The translations under genes were made by a program, and so were the position numbers. The notes under the pieces were generated by a model. That model searched no databases and was not told the DNA's origin. It saw nothing but the letters and a program-made list of their open reading frames with translations. Shown piece by piece: positions 18,592-27,774 of a DNA stretch of 64,000 bases. The number at the start of each line of letters is the position of its first letter. The stretch's first letter is position 1. Source of the stretch: Candidatus Roizmanbacteria bacterium CG_4_9_14_0_2_um_filter_35_15 (GTDB lineage: Bacteria > Patescibacteriota > Microgenomatia > UBA1406 > GWC2-37-13); contig PFRZ01000009.1 of assembly GCA_002788805.1 (NCBI GenBank), positions 1,464 to 65,463 of the forward strand, written 5' to 3'.

Positions 18592-19031
18592 TAGAGCAAC
18601 AAGAACAGAAAATTGAGGAAAAAGTACTCTTAATAAGAAGAGTATCTAAGAAAGTACCAGGAGGAAATTATATTACCTTTTCTGCTTTAGTAGCGGTGGG
18701 AGATAAAAAGGGTAAAGTAGGCGTTGGTTTAGGACGAGCATCAGAAGTGCCGCCGGCGATTCAAAAAGCGATTAGTTACGCTAAGAAACACATGATTTTT
18801 ATACCAAGAAAAGGTAAAACCCTAGTTCACGAAGTTAAGTTAAAATATAAAGCGGCGGTAATATTATTAAAACCGGCGCCTGAAGGAACTGGTTTAAAAG
18901 TCGGTAGCGTCGCTCGTGTGCTTCTTAATCTTGCCGGGATTGAGGACGCTTCTGGTAAAATTATTAAGTCAAGAAATCAAATTGTTAATACTTATGCGAT
19001 TATGGAAATATTCAAAAAAATGAAAAGATGA
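18588..19031 (+). CDS. rpsE: 30S ribosomal protein uS5
   Basis: [36 protein letters not shown]. Confidence 0.96.
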   Translation: MIEQQEQKIEEKVLLIRRVSKKVPGGNYITFSALVAVGDKKGKVGVGLGRASEVPPAIQKAISYAKKHMIFIPRKGKTLVHEVKLKYKAAVILLKPAPEGTGLKVGSVARVLLNLAGIEDASGKIIKSRNQIVNTYAIMEIFKKMKR

Positions 19032-19336
19032 AAAATTTTTTATCCCATTTGCCAAAAATTATTAAAAACAAAAAAAAACGTCTTGGTCGAGGACTAGGAA
19101 GCGGTAAAGGGTCAAAATCTGGACGAGGCATCACTCGACACCAAAAAGCTCGAGAAAGTATTCCTCTTCATTTTGAAGGTGGACAGGGAAGAATAGTAAA
19201 AAAATTTCCCCTTCTTCGTGGCAAAGGGAAAAATAAACCAAGAATAAATCTTAAATTAAGAAAGAAAAGATATTATGATCCCACTTCGTCCCGATTAAAT
19301 CGGGACTACGTTAGGGATCATACCAAACGAAGCTAG
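19028..19336 (+). CDS. rplO: 50S ribosomal protein uL15, short form
   Basis: [22 protein letters not shown]-terminal globular domain not recognisable. Confidence 0.88.
   Translation: MKNFLSHLPKIIKNKKKRLGRGLGSGKGSKSGRGITRHQKARESIPLHFEGGQGRIVKKFPLLRGKGKNKPRINLKLRKKRYYDPTSSRLNRDYVRDHTKRS
19274..19322. repeat. REP-like nested palindrome in the 3' end of rplO
   Basis: tatgatccc..gtcccgatt-a-aatcgggac..gggatcata. Confidence 0.75.
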
Positions 19337-19358
19337 GATTATTATTTAACGAAGTGGT

Positions 19359-20645
19359 ATGAAAAAAGTCATTGAAAAAATAAATTCATTGTTTAGAGAC
19401 CCTCAACTAAAAAAAAAGTTAATCTTTAGTCTGTTGATTTTTTTGTTCTTTCGGATCTTTGCTTTTTTACCGGTTCCGACGATTGATTTTATTAAGTTAA
19501 GAGCCCTTTTTTCTCAAAATCAGTTTTTATCGCTTCTAGATATTTTTTCTGGTGGTACACTAATTAACTTTTCAGTCATGGCCTTGGGACTTAATCCTTA
19601 TATCAATGCCTCGATTGTCCTACAACTTTTAACGGTAATGTTTCCTTATCTTGAACAGTTGTCAAAAGAAGGTGAGTATGGACGATTTAAAATTAATCAA
19701 TACACCAGATTTTTAACCGTTCCTTTAACGATCGTCCAAGCAATTGGGATTTTTGTTTTATTGAAGAATCAAAAGATAATTGGTAGTTTGTCACCGTTAG
19801 AGTTTTTCTCTTTTATTTTTACGATGGTAGCAGGAACTTTTATTTTAGTTTGGTTTGGAGAGTTAATTTCTGAATTCGGTTTAGGCAATGGTATTTCCCT
19901 TTTGATTTTTGCCGGTATTGTTGGCCGACTGCCAGTAGTTTTGAGTCGAACCGCAGTGACTTTTAATCAAGAGATGGTTTTTAATATTGGAATATTTTTA
20001 ATTCTTGCTGTTGTTGTGATCGCTTCAATTGTTTTTGTTAACGAAGCAACTAGAAAGATCCCCGTTTTCTATGCAAAAAGAATCAAGGGCAATAAACTTT
20101 ATCAAGGAGCAACCAACTATCTTCCTTTAAAACTTAATCAAGCGGGAGTGATTCCAATTATTTTTGCTGTTTCTTTTGTTTTGGTTCCTCAACTTTTAGG
20201 TAATTTTATCATCTATGCGAAAAATCCTGTTTTGGTTACTTTAGGGAAATTTTTAGTTAAATTTTTTGCGCCGATGGGTTTCTTTTATAACTTTTTTTAT
20301 TTTCTTTTAGTAATTGGTTTTACCTATTTTTATACAGTAGTAGTTTTTAATCCTCAAAAGATCGCTGAAGAGATTCAGAAACATGGAGGATTTATTCCTG
20401 GGATACGTCCAGGTTTAGCCACTAAGGAATATCTTGAAAAAATCTTGTATAAAATCACCAGTGTCGGAGCTGTTTTTTTAGGATTAATTGCTATCTTACC
20501 AGTATTGATTTCCAAGATAACTGGTCTGACCAATTTGGTGATTGGAGGAACAGGCATTTTGATCGTTGTTTCGGTTATTTTGGAAACCTTCAAAATGGTA
20601 GAAGCCCAGTTAGTAATGAAAAATTATGATAAATTTGTTCTTTAA
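19359..20645 (+). CDS. secY: Preprotein translocase subunit SecY
   Basis: [48 protein letters not shown]. Confidence 0.98.
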   Translation: MKKVIEKINSLFRDPQLKKKLIFSLLIFLFFRIFAFLPVPTIDFIKLRALFSQNQFLSLLDIFSGGTLINFSVMALGLNPYINASIVLQLLTVMFPYLEQLSKEGEYGRFKINQYTRFLTVPLTIVQAIGIFVLLKNQKIIGSLSPLEFFSFIFTMVAGTFILVWFGELISEFGLGNGISLLIFAGIVGRLPVVLSRTAVTFNQEMVFNIGIFLILAVVVIASIVFVNEATRKIPVFYAKRIKGNKLYQGATNYLPLKLNQAGVIPIIFAVSFVLVPQLLGNFIIYAKNPVLVTLGKFLVKFFAPMGFFYNFFYFLLVIGFTYFYTVVVFNPQKIAEEIQKHGGFIPGIRPGLATKEYLEKILYKITSVGAVFLGLIAILPVLISKITGLTNLVIGGTGILIVVSVILETFKMVEAQLVMKNYDKFVL

Positions 20646-20655
20646 TTTATAAACT

Positions 20656-20829
20656 ATGGCAAAAAAAGGACCCCGAGTTTTAATTGGTTTGATTTGCGAG
20701 GTTTGTCATTGGCGGAACTATACCTCGGTGAAAAATAAAATTAATAGCGGTTCGGCGATTAAGTTAAAAAAATATTGTCAAAAATGCCGGAAGCACACTA
20801 TCCATAAAGAAATTAAAAAATTGGACTGA
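20656..20829 (+). CDS. rpmG: 50S ribosomal protein bL33 (Zn type, 57 aa; absent from the ORF track)
   Basis: Manual translation MAKKGPRVLIGLICEVCHWRNYTSVKNKINSGSAIKLKKYCQKCRKHTIHKEIKKLD. Confidence 0.93.
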   Translation: MAKKGPRVLIGLICEVCHWRNYTSVKNKINSGSAIKLKKYCQKCRKHTIHKEIKKLD

Positions 20830-20835
20830 CTTTAT

Positions 20836-21942
20836 ATGAAATTAGTTCTTATTGGCATTCAAGGTTCAGGTAAATCGACTCAAGGAAATCTTTTATCTAA
20901 ACAGTTAAAGATTCCCTATCTTTCTACCGGTCATATTTTTCGTGAGATTGCTAAGGAAAAAACCACTCTTGGTCGTTATATTAAGGAGACAATTAATGCC
21001 GGTATTTTAGTCCCAGACGAAAAAGTGATTGAAATCGTCAATCATTATCTTTCCCGACCCGAGTATAAAAAAGGTTATATTCTTGACGGTTTTCCTCGGA
21101 CGATAGTTCAGGTAAAAAAATTCAGAAACTCTGTTGATAAAGTTATTTATCTCGAAGTACCAGAAAAAGAAGCTATCTATCGTTTAGCTTATCGTAATAG
21201 TGAATTAAGAGAAGATGAAACTCTAGCTGCCTTAAAAAAAAGAGTTGATTCTTTTAAAAAATTTACCATTCCAGTTCTAGATTACTATCGAAAAGAAGGA
21301 AAGTTAGTAGAAGTTGATGGAACAAAAACAATTGAAGAGGTTAATAAAGAAATATTAAAATATTTAGGTAAACAAATAACCAGAAATGAACAAAAAACCA
21401 TTATTGCTATTGTTGGATTACCAGGTTCAGGCAAGACAGAGGCAGCTGATTTTTTTGCCAAAAAAAACCTTCCAGCAATCTCTTTTGGAAAGATAATAAA
21501 CGATTATATTAATAATAAAAAACTTTCTCATACGAGAGAGATTCACAAAAAAATTAGAGAAGATCTAAGAAAAAAATATGGATTAAAAGCTTTAGCTATT
21601 CTAAATCAAGATAGATTAAGAAAAGCCTTGATAAAAAATACGATTGTTGTCATTGAAGGAATGCGTTCTTGGGAAGAGTACTTGTATTTAAAAAAAGAAT
21701 TTCCTCATATTCGTTTGTTTATTCTCGGTCTGTATACTGACAAAGTAATTCGTTATCAACGGTTATCTCAAAGAAAAAACAGGCCAAAACTTTATGGAGA
21801 AGAAAGAGATATTGATGAGTTGGTAGGAATCAACATGGGTCCAACCATCGCTTTTGCTGACTATGTTATTAAAAATAATTATTCTCTTAAAGACTTTTAT
21901 GACAAGTTAGAGTTGGCTTATAGAAGCATCTTTTATTCATAA
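20836..21942 (+). CDS. adk: Adenylate kinase fused to a second P-loop kinase domain (dephospho-CoA-kinase/UPF0200-like)
   Basis: Domain 1: GIQGSGKSTQ, LSTGHIFR, LDGFPRT; domain 2: IVGLPGSGKT, IEGMRS.EE, ERD..E, ADYVIKN. Confidence 0.85.
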   Translation: MKLVLIGIQGSGKSTQGNLLSKQLKIPYLSTGHIFREIAKEKTTLGRYIKETINAGILVPDEKVIEIVNHYLSRPEYKKGYILDGFPRTIVQVKKFRNSVDKVIYLEVPEKEAIYRLAYRNSELREDETLAALKKRVDSFKKFTIPVLDYYRKEGKLVEVDGTKTIEEVNKEILKYLGKQITRNEQKTIIAIVGLPGSGKTEAADFFAKKNLPAISFGKIINDYINNKKLSHTREIHKKIREDLRKKYGLKALAILNQDRLRKALIKNTIVVIEGMRSWEEYLYLKKEFPHIRLFILGLYTDKVIRYQRLSQRKNRPKLYGEERDIDELVGINMGPTIAFADYVIKNNYSLKDFYDKLELAYRSIFYS

Positions 21943-22689
21943 ATGATTCATTTAAAATCAAAAGAAGAAATCAGACTAATGATTGAAGGAGGAAAAAAGT
22001 TAAGAAAGGTAGTTTCTAATTTACTGCCGATTGTTAGACCAGGGACAACGACTGAACTAATAGATAAAAAAGCTGAAGAGTTAATTATCAAAGAAGGCGG
22101 TCAACCTTCTTTTAAGAAAGTAGAAGGTTATTTTTGGACAACCTGTTTGCCAGTCAATGAACAAATCGTCCATACCCCTCCTTCAGGAAGAGTTCTCAAA
22201 GACGGCGATCTTTTAACAGTTGACATAGGCATGTATTTTCAGGGATATCATACAGATTTTGCTACCACCCTAATGGTTGGTGAAGAAAAAGATCAAAGAC
22301 TGAAAAAATTTTTAGAAACAGGTCAAATAGCTTTAAGAAAAGCAATTTTACAGGCAAAGACGGGCAAGAGGATAACAGATATTTCTCAGGCAATTCAACA
22401 AGAGATTGAGGATAATGGATATAGGGTAATAAAAGAATTGACTGGACATGGAATTGGAAAAGATTTACATGAGGATCCGAACATCTTTGGTTTTTTTCGA
22501 GGATCTAAGGATAAAACCGTGTTGATTAAACCAGGTTTAACGGTGGCGATTGAAGTCATCTATTCTCAAACCAGTGAAGAGATTGAATACGAGGATGAAT
22601 GGTCAATAAAGACGAAAGACGATAGTTTATCCGCTTGTTTTGAACATACCATAGCTGTTACTGAAAATGAAACTATTGTTTTAACCTAA
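21943..22689 (+). CDS. map: Methionine aminopeptidase type I
   Basis: VNEQIVH, DIG..HTD, GHGIG..LHEDP, AIE, FEHT. Confidence 0.97.
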   Translation: MIHLKSKEEIRLMIEGGKKLRKVVSNLLPIVRPGTTTELIDKKAEELIIKEGGQPSFKKVEGYFWTTCLPVNEQIVHTPPSGRVLKDGDLLTVDIGMYFQGYHTDFATTLMVGEEKDQRLKKFLETGQIALRKAILQAKTGKRITDISQAIQQEIEDNGYRVIKELTGHGIGKDLHEDPNIFGFFRGSKDKTVLIKPGLTVAIEVIYSQTSEEIEYEDEWSIKTKDDSLSACFEHTIAVTENETIVLT

Positions 22690-22733
22690 ATAGAGCACAT
22701 TTTTATCAACTTTTATGATAAAATTTAGAGTTT

Positions 22734-22949
22734 ATGAAAGATAATGTCTTAGTGGTTGAGGGAGAGGTAATTGAAAATCTTCCCAACACTCTATTTCGGG
22801 TGAAGCTCTCTAATTCCGAAAAAATAATTTTATGTTATTTATCAGGAAAGATGAGGAAAAATTATATAAAAATTCTTCCTGGAGATCGGGTAAGAGCAGA
22901 GGTAACTGCCTATGACCTGAATCGAGGAAGAATTGTTTATCGTCTATGA
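22734..22949 (+). CDS. infA: Translation initiation factor IF-1
   Basis: [31 protein letters not shown]. Confidence 0.98.
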   Translation: MKDNVLVVEGEVIENLPNTLFRVKLSNSEKIILCYLSGKMRKNYIKILPGDRVRAEVTAYDLNRGRIVYRL

Positions 22950-23059
22950 AAGTTAATTCATCAATAAAAAAAATTTGTCCTAAATGTAAAATGGTAAAAA
23001 GAAAAGGAAAATTATATGTAGTCTGTCAGAATGTTAAACATAAGCAAAGGCAAGGATGA
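22946..23059 (+). CDS. rpmJ: 50S ribosomal protein bL36 (37 aa; absent from the ORF track)
   Basis: Manual translation [37 protein letters not shown]. Confidence 0.96.
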   Translation: MKVNSSIKKICPKCKMVKRKGKLYVVCQNVKHKQRQG

Positions 23060-23080
23060 AATAAATTAATAGACTAAATT

Positions 23081-23512
23081 ATGGCGAGATTATTAGGAAT
23101 GACATTGCCGGATGACAAAAGAATTGAGTATGCTTTGACTCTCTTATACGGGATTGGCTGGAAAAATGTCAAAGATATTTTAAAAACAGCCAATATTAGT
23201 CCAAATAAAAAAGTTAAAGAGGTTAAAGAAGAAGAATTTAAAAAAATCACTGAAATAATCGAAAAAAACTATCAAGTCGAAGGAGATCTAAGAGAGGCAG
23301 TAACAAGTAATATAAAGAGGTTAAAAGAAATCGGTAGCTATCGAGGATTAAGACATGTAAGAAATTTACCAGTTCGCGGTCAAAGGACGAGATCTAATGC
23401 ACGGACAAAAAGAGGCAAAAGAAAGACAGTGGGTGCCTTAAAGAAAAAAGTCTGGGCAAAGATGGAGCAACAAAAAACCGCCGCGCCGGTTAAAACAGAA
23501 ACTAATGGTTAA
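23081..23512 (+). CDS. rpsM: 30S ribosomal protein uS13
   Basis: YGIG, YRGLRH..LPVRGQRTRSNARTKRG. Confidence 0.98.
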   Translation: MARLLGMTLPDDKRIEYALTLLYGIGWKNVKDILKTANISPNKKVKEVKEEEFKKITEIIEKNYQVEGDLREAVTSNIKRLKEIGSYRGLRHVRNLPVRGQRTRSNARTKRGKRKTVGALKKKVWAKMEQQKTAAPVKTETNG

Positions 23513-23879
23513 TAAAACAGCTCAAAGACAAGTAGAAAAAGGACGAATTTATATCACTGCCACTTTCAACAATACCTTAGTGACAGTGACTGATGAAAAA
23601 GGTAACCCACTGGTTTTTGGCGGTTGCGGTATGTATGGTTTTTCTGGCACGAGAAAGTCTACTCCTTACGCGGCCACCGTCACCTGTGAAGCTACTTTGA
23701 AAAAAGCTCAAGAACAATTTGGACTGTTGGCGGCCGATGTTTTTATCAAAGGGATTGGTCCTGGTCGAGAAGCAGCTTTACGGGTAATCAAGGGATTACA
23801 GATGGAAATTAACCGCATTATTGACATTACTCCGGTTCCTCATAATGGAGTGAGACCACCAAAAGTGAGGAGGGTTTAA
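23505..23879 (+). CDS. rpsK: 30S ribosomal protein uS11
   Basis: TFNNTLVT, RKSTPYAA, GIGPGRE, TPVPHNG. Confidence 0.98.
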   Translation: MVNKTAQRQVEKGRIYITATFNNTLVTVTDEKGNPLVFGGCGMYGFSGTRKSTPYAATVTCEATLKKAQEQFGLLAADVFIKGIGPGREAALRVIKGLQMEINRIIDITPVPHNGVRPPKVRRV

Positions 23880-23885
23880 CATTAT

Positions 23886-24506
23886 ATGAGATACACTGGC
23901 CCAAGAAACAAAATTTCTAGAAGAGAAGGCGTCGATCTAGGGTTAAAAACGATTGGTTCTAAATCGCATGCGCGACTATTAAAAAAACTTAATATTCCGC
24001 CGGGCGAGCACGGGGGAAGAGGAAAAAGAAAAATTTCCGAGAGAGGAGTACAACTTCGAGAAAAACAAAAACTAAGATTCATTTTTGGCCTAACCGAAAA
24101 ACAACTAAAAAAATACTTTAAAATAGCCAGTCAAAAAAAAGGAAACACTGCCTTGTATCTTTCCCAGTTTTTAGAACAAAGATTGGATAATCTTGTCTAT
24201 CGGTTAGGTTTTTCGCCAACTCGTTTATCAGCCAGACAGTTAGTTTCACACGGCCACATTAAGGTTAATAATAAAAGAATAACGATCCCTTCATACCAGG
24301 TAAAAGTTGCTGAAGAAATTGGTTTTCTTTCTAATAAGTCGTTGAAAATTCCCTATATTGAAAAATCACTGGCCAATAAAGATTTCATTTTACCGTTATG
24401 GTTGGAAAAAAAAGGTGCTTTTGGTAAATTAATTAGTATTCCAACTAGCGAAGAAATTAGCAAGCAGATAAATTTGAGATTAGTCATTGAGTATTATTCT
24501 CGATAA
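23886..24506 (+). CDS. rpsD: 30S ribosomal protein uS4
   Basis: RYTGP, QLREKQK, LEQRLDNLVYRLG, ARQLVSHGH, IEYYSR. Confidence 0.98.
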   Translation: MRYTGPRNKISRREGVDLGLKTIGSKSHARLLKKLNIPPGEHGGRGKRKISERGVQLREKQKLRFIFGLTEKQLKKYFKIASQKKGNTALYLSQFLEQRLDNLVYRLGFSPTRLSARQLVSHGHIKVNNKRITIPSYQVKVAEEIGFLSNKSLKIPYIEKSLANKDFILPLWLEKKGAFGKLISIPTSEEISKQINLRLVIEYYSR

Positions 24507-24531
24507 TTAATAGTTTTTATTTTTATTTCAT

Positions 24532-25455
24532 ATGCTTAATCCTAGTTTTTACACCAAAAAAACCGAGGAAGGTAATTATGGCAAATTTGTTTTAGAGCCA
24601 CTTCCTTTAGGTTTTGGTCACAGTCTTGGTCACGCCTTAAGAAGAACAATTCTCTCTTCATTAAAGGGATCAGCCATTACTAATATTAAGATTGATGGCG
24701 CTTCTCACCTTTTTAGCACTCTCCCTGGGATTAAAGAATCGGTTTTAGATATCGTTTTGAATTTAAAACAGTTACGATTCGATGTCAAAGAAGGAGGCCC
24801 TTACAAGTTAAAATTAGATTTAAAGGGAGAGAGAAAAGTCTATGGAAAGGAAGTTGAGGGTGAGATCAAGCCGGTTAATAAAGATCTTTATCTAGCAGAA
24901 ATTACTGAGGCAAAAGCCAGATTGAATGTCGAAGCCTTGGTAGAGGTCGGAGTGGGTTATTCGTCAGTTGAAGAAAGAGAAAAAAAAGAATATGGTTTTA
25001 TCCCAGTTGACGCTTTTTTTTCACCGATAAAAAAAATCAATATGAAGATTGAGGAAACGCGCGTGGGAAGAAAAGCTAATTATGACAAGTTAATCATTGA
25101 AATCTGGACTGACGGAACAATCACACCTTCCCAAGCGTTAAAAGAGGCTTCAAGACTTCTCTCTGACTATTTTGTTTATATTCTATCAGGTAAGGACACT
25201 CCCCAAGTTAAAGTGGAGTTAACACCAGAAGAAGAGAAACAAGGATTAATTGACAAAAAACTGTATGAAGTAATTATTGATGAGTTAAATCTTCCCTCGC
25301 GAGTAATAAATGCTTTACTTCGAGAAAAGATAGAGACGGTAGCTGATTTAGTCAAAGCAGGAAAAGAAAGATTGGTCCAGATGAAAGGGGTCGGCAAAAA
25401 ATCTATTCAACTGATAGATGAAGAATTAAAAAAAATGGGAGTAACAGTTGACTGA
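24532..25455 (+). CDS. rpoA: RNA polymerase alpha subunit
   Basis: EPLPLGFGHSLGHALRR, DAFFSP, IWTDGTI, alpha-CTD. Confidence 0.98.
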   Translation: MLNPSFYTKKTEEGNYGKFVLEPLPLGFGHSLGHALRRTILSSLKGSAITNIKIDGASHLFSTLPGIKESVLDIVLNLKQLRFDVKEGGPYKLKLDLKGERKVYGKEVEGEIKPVNKDLYLAEITEAKARLNVEALVEVGVGYSSVEEREKKEYGFIPVDAFFSPIKKINMKIEETRVGRKANYDKLIIEIWTDGTITPSQALKEASRLLSDYFVYILSGKDTPQVKVELTPEEEKQGLIDKKLYEVIIDELNLPSRVINALLREKIETVADLVKAGKERLVQMKGVGKKSIQLIDEELKKMGVTVD

Positions 25456-25466
25456 ATATTTTTAAT

Positions 25467-25886
25467 ATGAGACATGGTTATTCAAAAATAAAGTTCAAAA
25501 ATGGCCAAGATGCCAATCAGATGTTATTAAGAAAGTTAGCAACTAATTTTTTAATGGTGGGAAAATTAAAAACAACCCTGAAAAAAACCAAGGTATTAAA
25601 GACATTATTAGAAAAGTTAATAGAAAAGATGAAGGTGAAGAATGAAGCCAACAAAAACTATCTCTTAAAAGCTCTTGGCGACAGGAAATTAGTCGAGAGA
25701 AGTTTTTCTGATTTTGGGGCGAGTTTTGTCAAGATTAACGGTGGATATGTAAAGATCATTAAAACTGGCGTAAGAAATTCTGACGGATGCGAGACGGCTT
25801 TAATCCAATGGGCTTATCCAATTATTAATAAAGAAGTTGCTATTAAAGATCAATCGTCAGTTAAGAAAAAAATAAATAAAATATGA
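25467..25886 (+). CDS. rplQ: 50S ribosomal protein bL17 (divergent)
   Basis: MRHG, KTT.KK.K, GGYVKIIK..R.SDG; follows rpoA. Confidence 0.9.
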   Translation: MRHGYSKIKFKNGQDANQMLLRKLATNFLMVGKLKTTLKKTKVLKTLLEKLIEKMKVKNEANKNYLLKALGDRKLVERSFSDFGASFVKINGGYVKIIKTGVRNSDGCETALIQWAYPIINKEVAIKDQSSVKKKINKI

Positions 25887-26317
25887 CAGGATTAACTTTA
25901 TCAACAAAACCGATAAGAGAAAGAAATATTAAGAGACAGTGGCACTTAATTGATGTTTCAGGAAAGATTTTAGGAAGAATTACGCCGCAGATTGCCAGAT
26001 TATTACAAGGTAAACATAAATCTAATTATTCTTCTTCTCTTGATGTGGGGGATTATGTCGTTGTTGTTAATGCCGGCAAGGTGATTGTTTCTGGAAAGAA
26101 GAAGAAAACAAAGATTTACACCTATTATTCTGGTTATCCTGGTGGATTAAGAAAAGAGTATTTTAGTAAGTTGATTGAACAAAATCCAGGGAAGATTGTT
26201 AAGAATGCTGTCTCGGGCATGTTGCCGAAAAATAAATTAAGAGATATGAGATTAAAACGATTATATATTTTTGCTGATGATAATCATCCTTATAAAGAAA
26301 AGTTTATAAAGTTATAA
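25883..26317 (+). CDS. rplM: 50S ribosomal protein uL13
   Basis: WHLID, LGR, GKHK, GDYVVVVNA, SGYPGG, GMLPKN. Confidence 0.98.
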   Translation: MTGLTLSTKPIRERNIKRQWHLIDVSGKILGRITPQIARLLQGKHKSNYSSSLDVGDYVVVVNAGKVIVSGKKKKTKIYTYYSGYPGGLRKEYFSKLIEQNPGKIVKNAVSGMLPKNKLRDMRLKRLYIFADDNHPYKEKFIKL

Positions 26318-26338
26318 AGTTCATAAAGTTCATAAAGT
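26290..26338 (+). repeat. Family A tandem array
   Basis: aagtttataaagttataaagttcataaagttcataaagt before the rpsI ATG. Confidence 0.8.
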
Positions 26339-26794
26339 ATGGCGAAAAAAGAAAAAAATTTAAAGTATTATGAGGCGGTCGGCCGAAGAAAAAAAGCCGT
26401 CGCCCGAATAAGATTATACCTTGTTGGTAAAGATAAGATCGCTTCTGTCAATAACCACAAAATAAAAGCGGGCGAGATATTAATTAATAATCATCCTTTA
26501 GAAAAAATAATCAATACCACCTACGAAAGAACATTTTTTTTATCACCTTTAGTTTTGACTAATAATACAGAGAGATTTGCTATTTCCATTCTTGTTCAAG
26601 GTGGCGGTTATCAGGGTCAACTAGAGGCAATGGTCCATGGTTTAGCTAGAGCGCTTGAGTTAGTTGATAAAGAAACCTATCGATCAATCTTAAAAAAACA
26701 AGGCCTATTAACAAGAGACGCGAGAAAAAGAGAAAGAAGAAAGGTGGGAACGGGAGGCAAAGCAAGAAGAAAAAAACAGTCACCAAAGAGATAA
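26339..26794 (+). CDS. rpsI: 30S ribosomal protein uS9
   Basis: GRRKKAVAR, GGG..GQ, LLTRDAR.RERRK, QSPKR. Confidence 0.97.
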   Translation: MAKKEKNLKYYEAVGRRKKAVARIRLYLVGKDKIASVNNHKIKAGEILINNHPLEKIINTTYERTFFLSPLVLTNNTERFAISILVQGGGYQGQLEAMVHGLARALELVDKETYRSILKKQGLLTRDARKRERRKVGTGGKARRKKQSPKR

Positions 26795-26812
26795 TTAATC
26801 ATATGTTTATCT

Positions 26813-27697
26813 ATGAAATTTTTGTCAATTATTATTGTTTCTTTCAACACGAGGCTAATCACTTTAAAATGCCTTCGTCATCTAAAAAATAACTTTAAAA
26901 AATATCCACTAGATTATGAAATCATTATAGTTGACAATGGTTCTATTGATGGGAGCATCCAGATGCTTAAGGAAGAACAAAAAAATTGGACAAATCTACA
27001 ACTAATTCTTTCCAAAAAAAACCTCGGTTATGGTAAAGCCAATAATCTTGGTGTTCAGAAAAGCAAAGGACAGTATGTCTTATACTTAAATTCTGACGCA
27101 ATCATAAACGATATCGATTTCCGCGATTTAGTCAATATTTTTGAAGCCCAGCCACAGATAGGCGCTCTGACAGTAAAAGTAGTCCTTAAAAATGGAGAAA
27201 TTGATCCAGCCTCTCATCGGGGTTTTCCGACTTTATGGTGGTCTTTTTGCTATTTTATTGGTTTAGAGAAGTTATTTTATCGAACTTTTCTATTAAACAA
27301 ACTTTTTGGGGGTTACCATTTAACTAATAGAAATCTTTCAACTGTCCACGAGATTGATGCCGGAACCGGTGCTTTTTTTCTGACGAAAAAAGAGATTATT
27401 GACCGCATTGGTGGTTTTGACAAGGATTATTTTGCCTATGGAGAAGATATCGAAATGGCTTATCGGATAAAAGAACTCGGCTATAAAATCCTTTATTATC
27501 CGCTTTGGCAGGTGCTACATCTTAAATACTCCTCTGGCTTAAAGAAAAATGATAAAAAAACCAGAGAGATGACAAGATTTCATTTTTACCAGGCAATGAA
27601 GATTTTTTATACTAAACACTACGCTAAAAAAAATTTTTGGTTGGTTAATCAATTAGTTTATCTGGCGATTGATTTAAAAAGTAATTTAAGATTCTAA
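26813..27697 (+). CDS. GT2 glycosyltransferase (WbbL-like)
   Basis: SIIIVSFN, VDNGSID, NLGYGKANN, LNSD, GGFD..F.YGED. Confidence 0.88.
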   Translation: MKFLSIIIVSFNTRLITLKCLRHLKNNFKKYPLDYEIIIVDNGSIDGSIQMLKEEQKNWTNLQLILSKKNLGYGKANNLGVQKSKGQYVLYLNSDAIINDIDFRDLVNIFEAQPQIGALTVKVVLKNGEIDPASHRGFPTLWWSFCYFIGLEKLFYRTFLLNKLFGGYHLTNRNLSTVHEIDAGTGAFFLTKKEIIDRIGGFDKDYFAYGEDIEMAYRIKELGYKILYYPLWQVLHLKYSSGLKKNDKKTREMTRFHFYQAMKIFYTKHYAKKNFWLVNQLVYLAIDLKSNLRF

Positions 27698-27755
27698 TCT
27701 ACTAATTTATGCTAATCAACGAATATTGGTTGATTAGAATTCATTCGTAGATTGG
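27686..27755. repeat. Family C 70-bp palindromic element, copy 2 (opposite orientation)
   Basis: Reverse complement matches 10439-10508 with 5 mismatches. Confidence 0.85.
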
Positions 27756-27774
27756 TATTATTTATTGGTTATTT

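Noticed and set aside
19028..19031. Absence of rpmD (uL30) as a novelty
   Set aside because: Loss of uL30 is an established CPR trait; used only as a taxonomic clue
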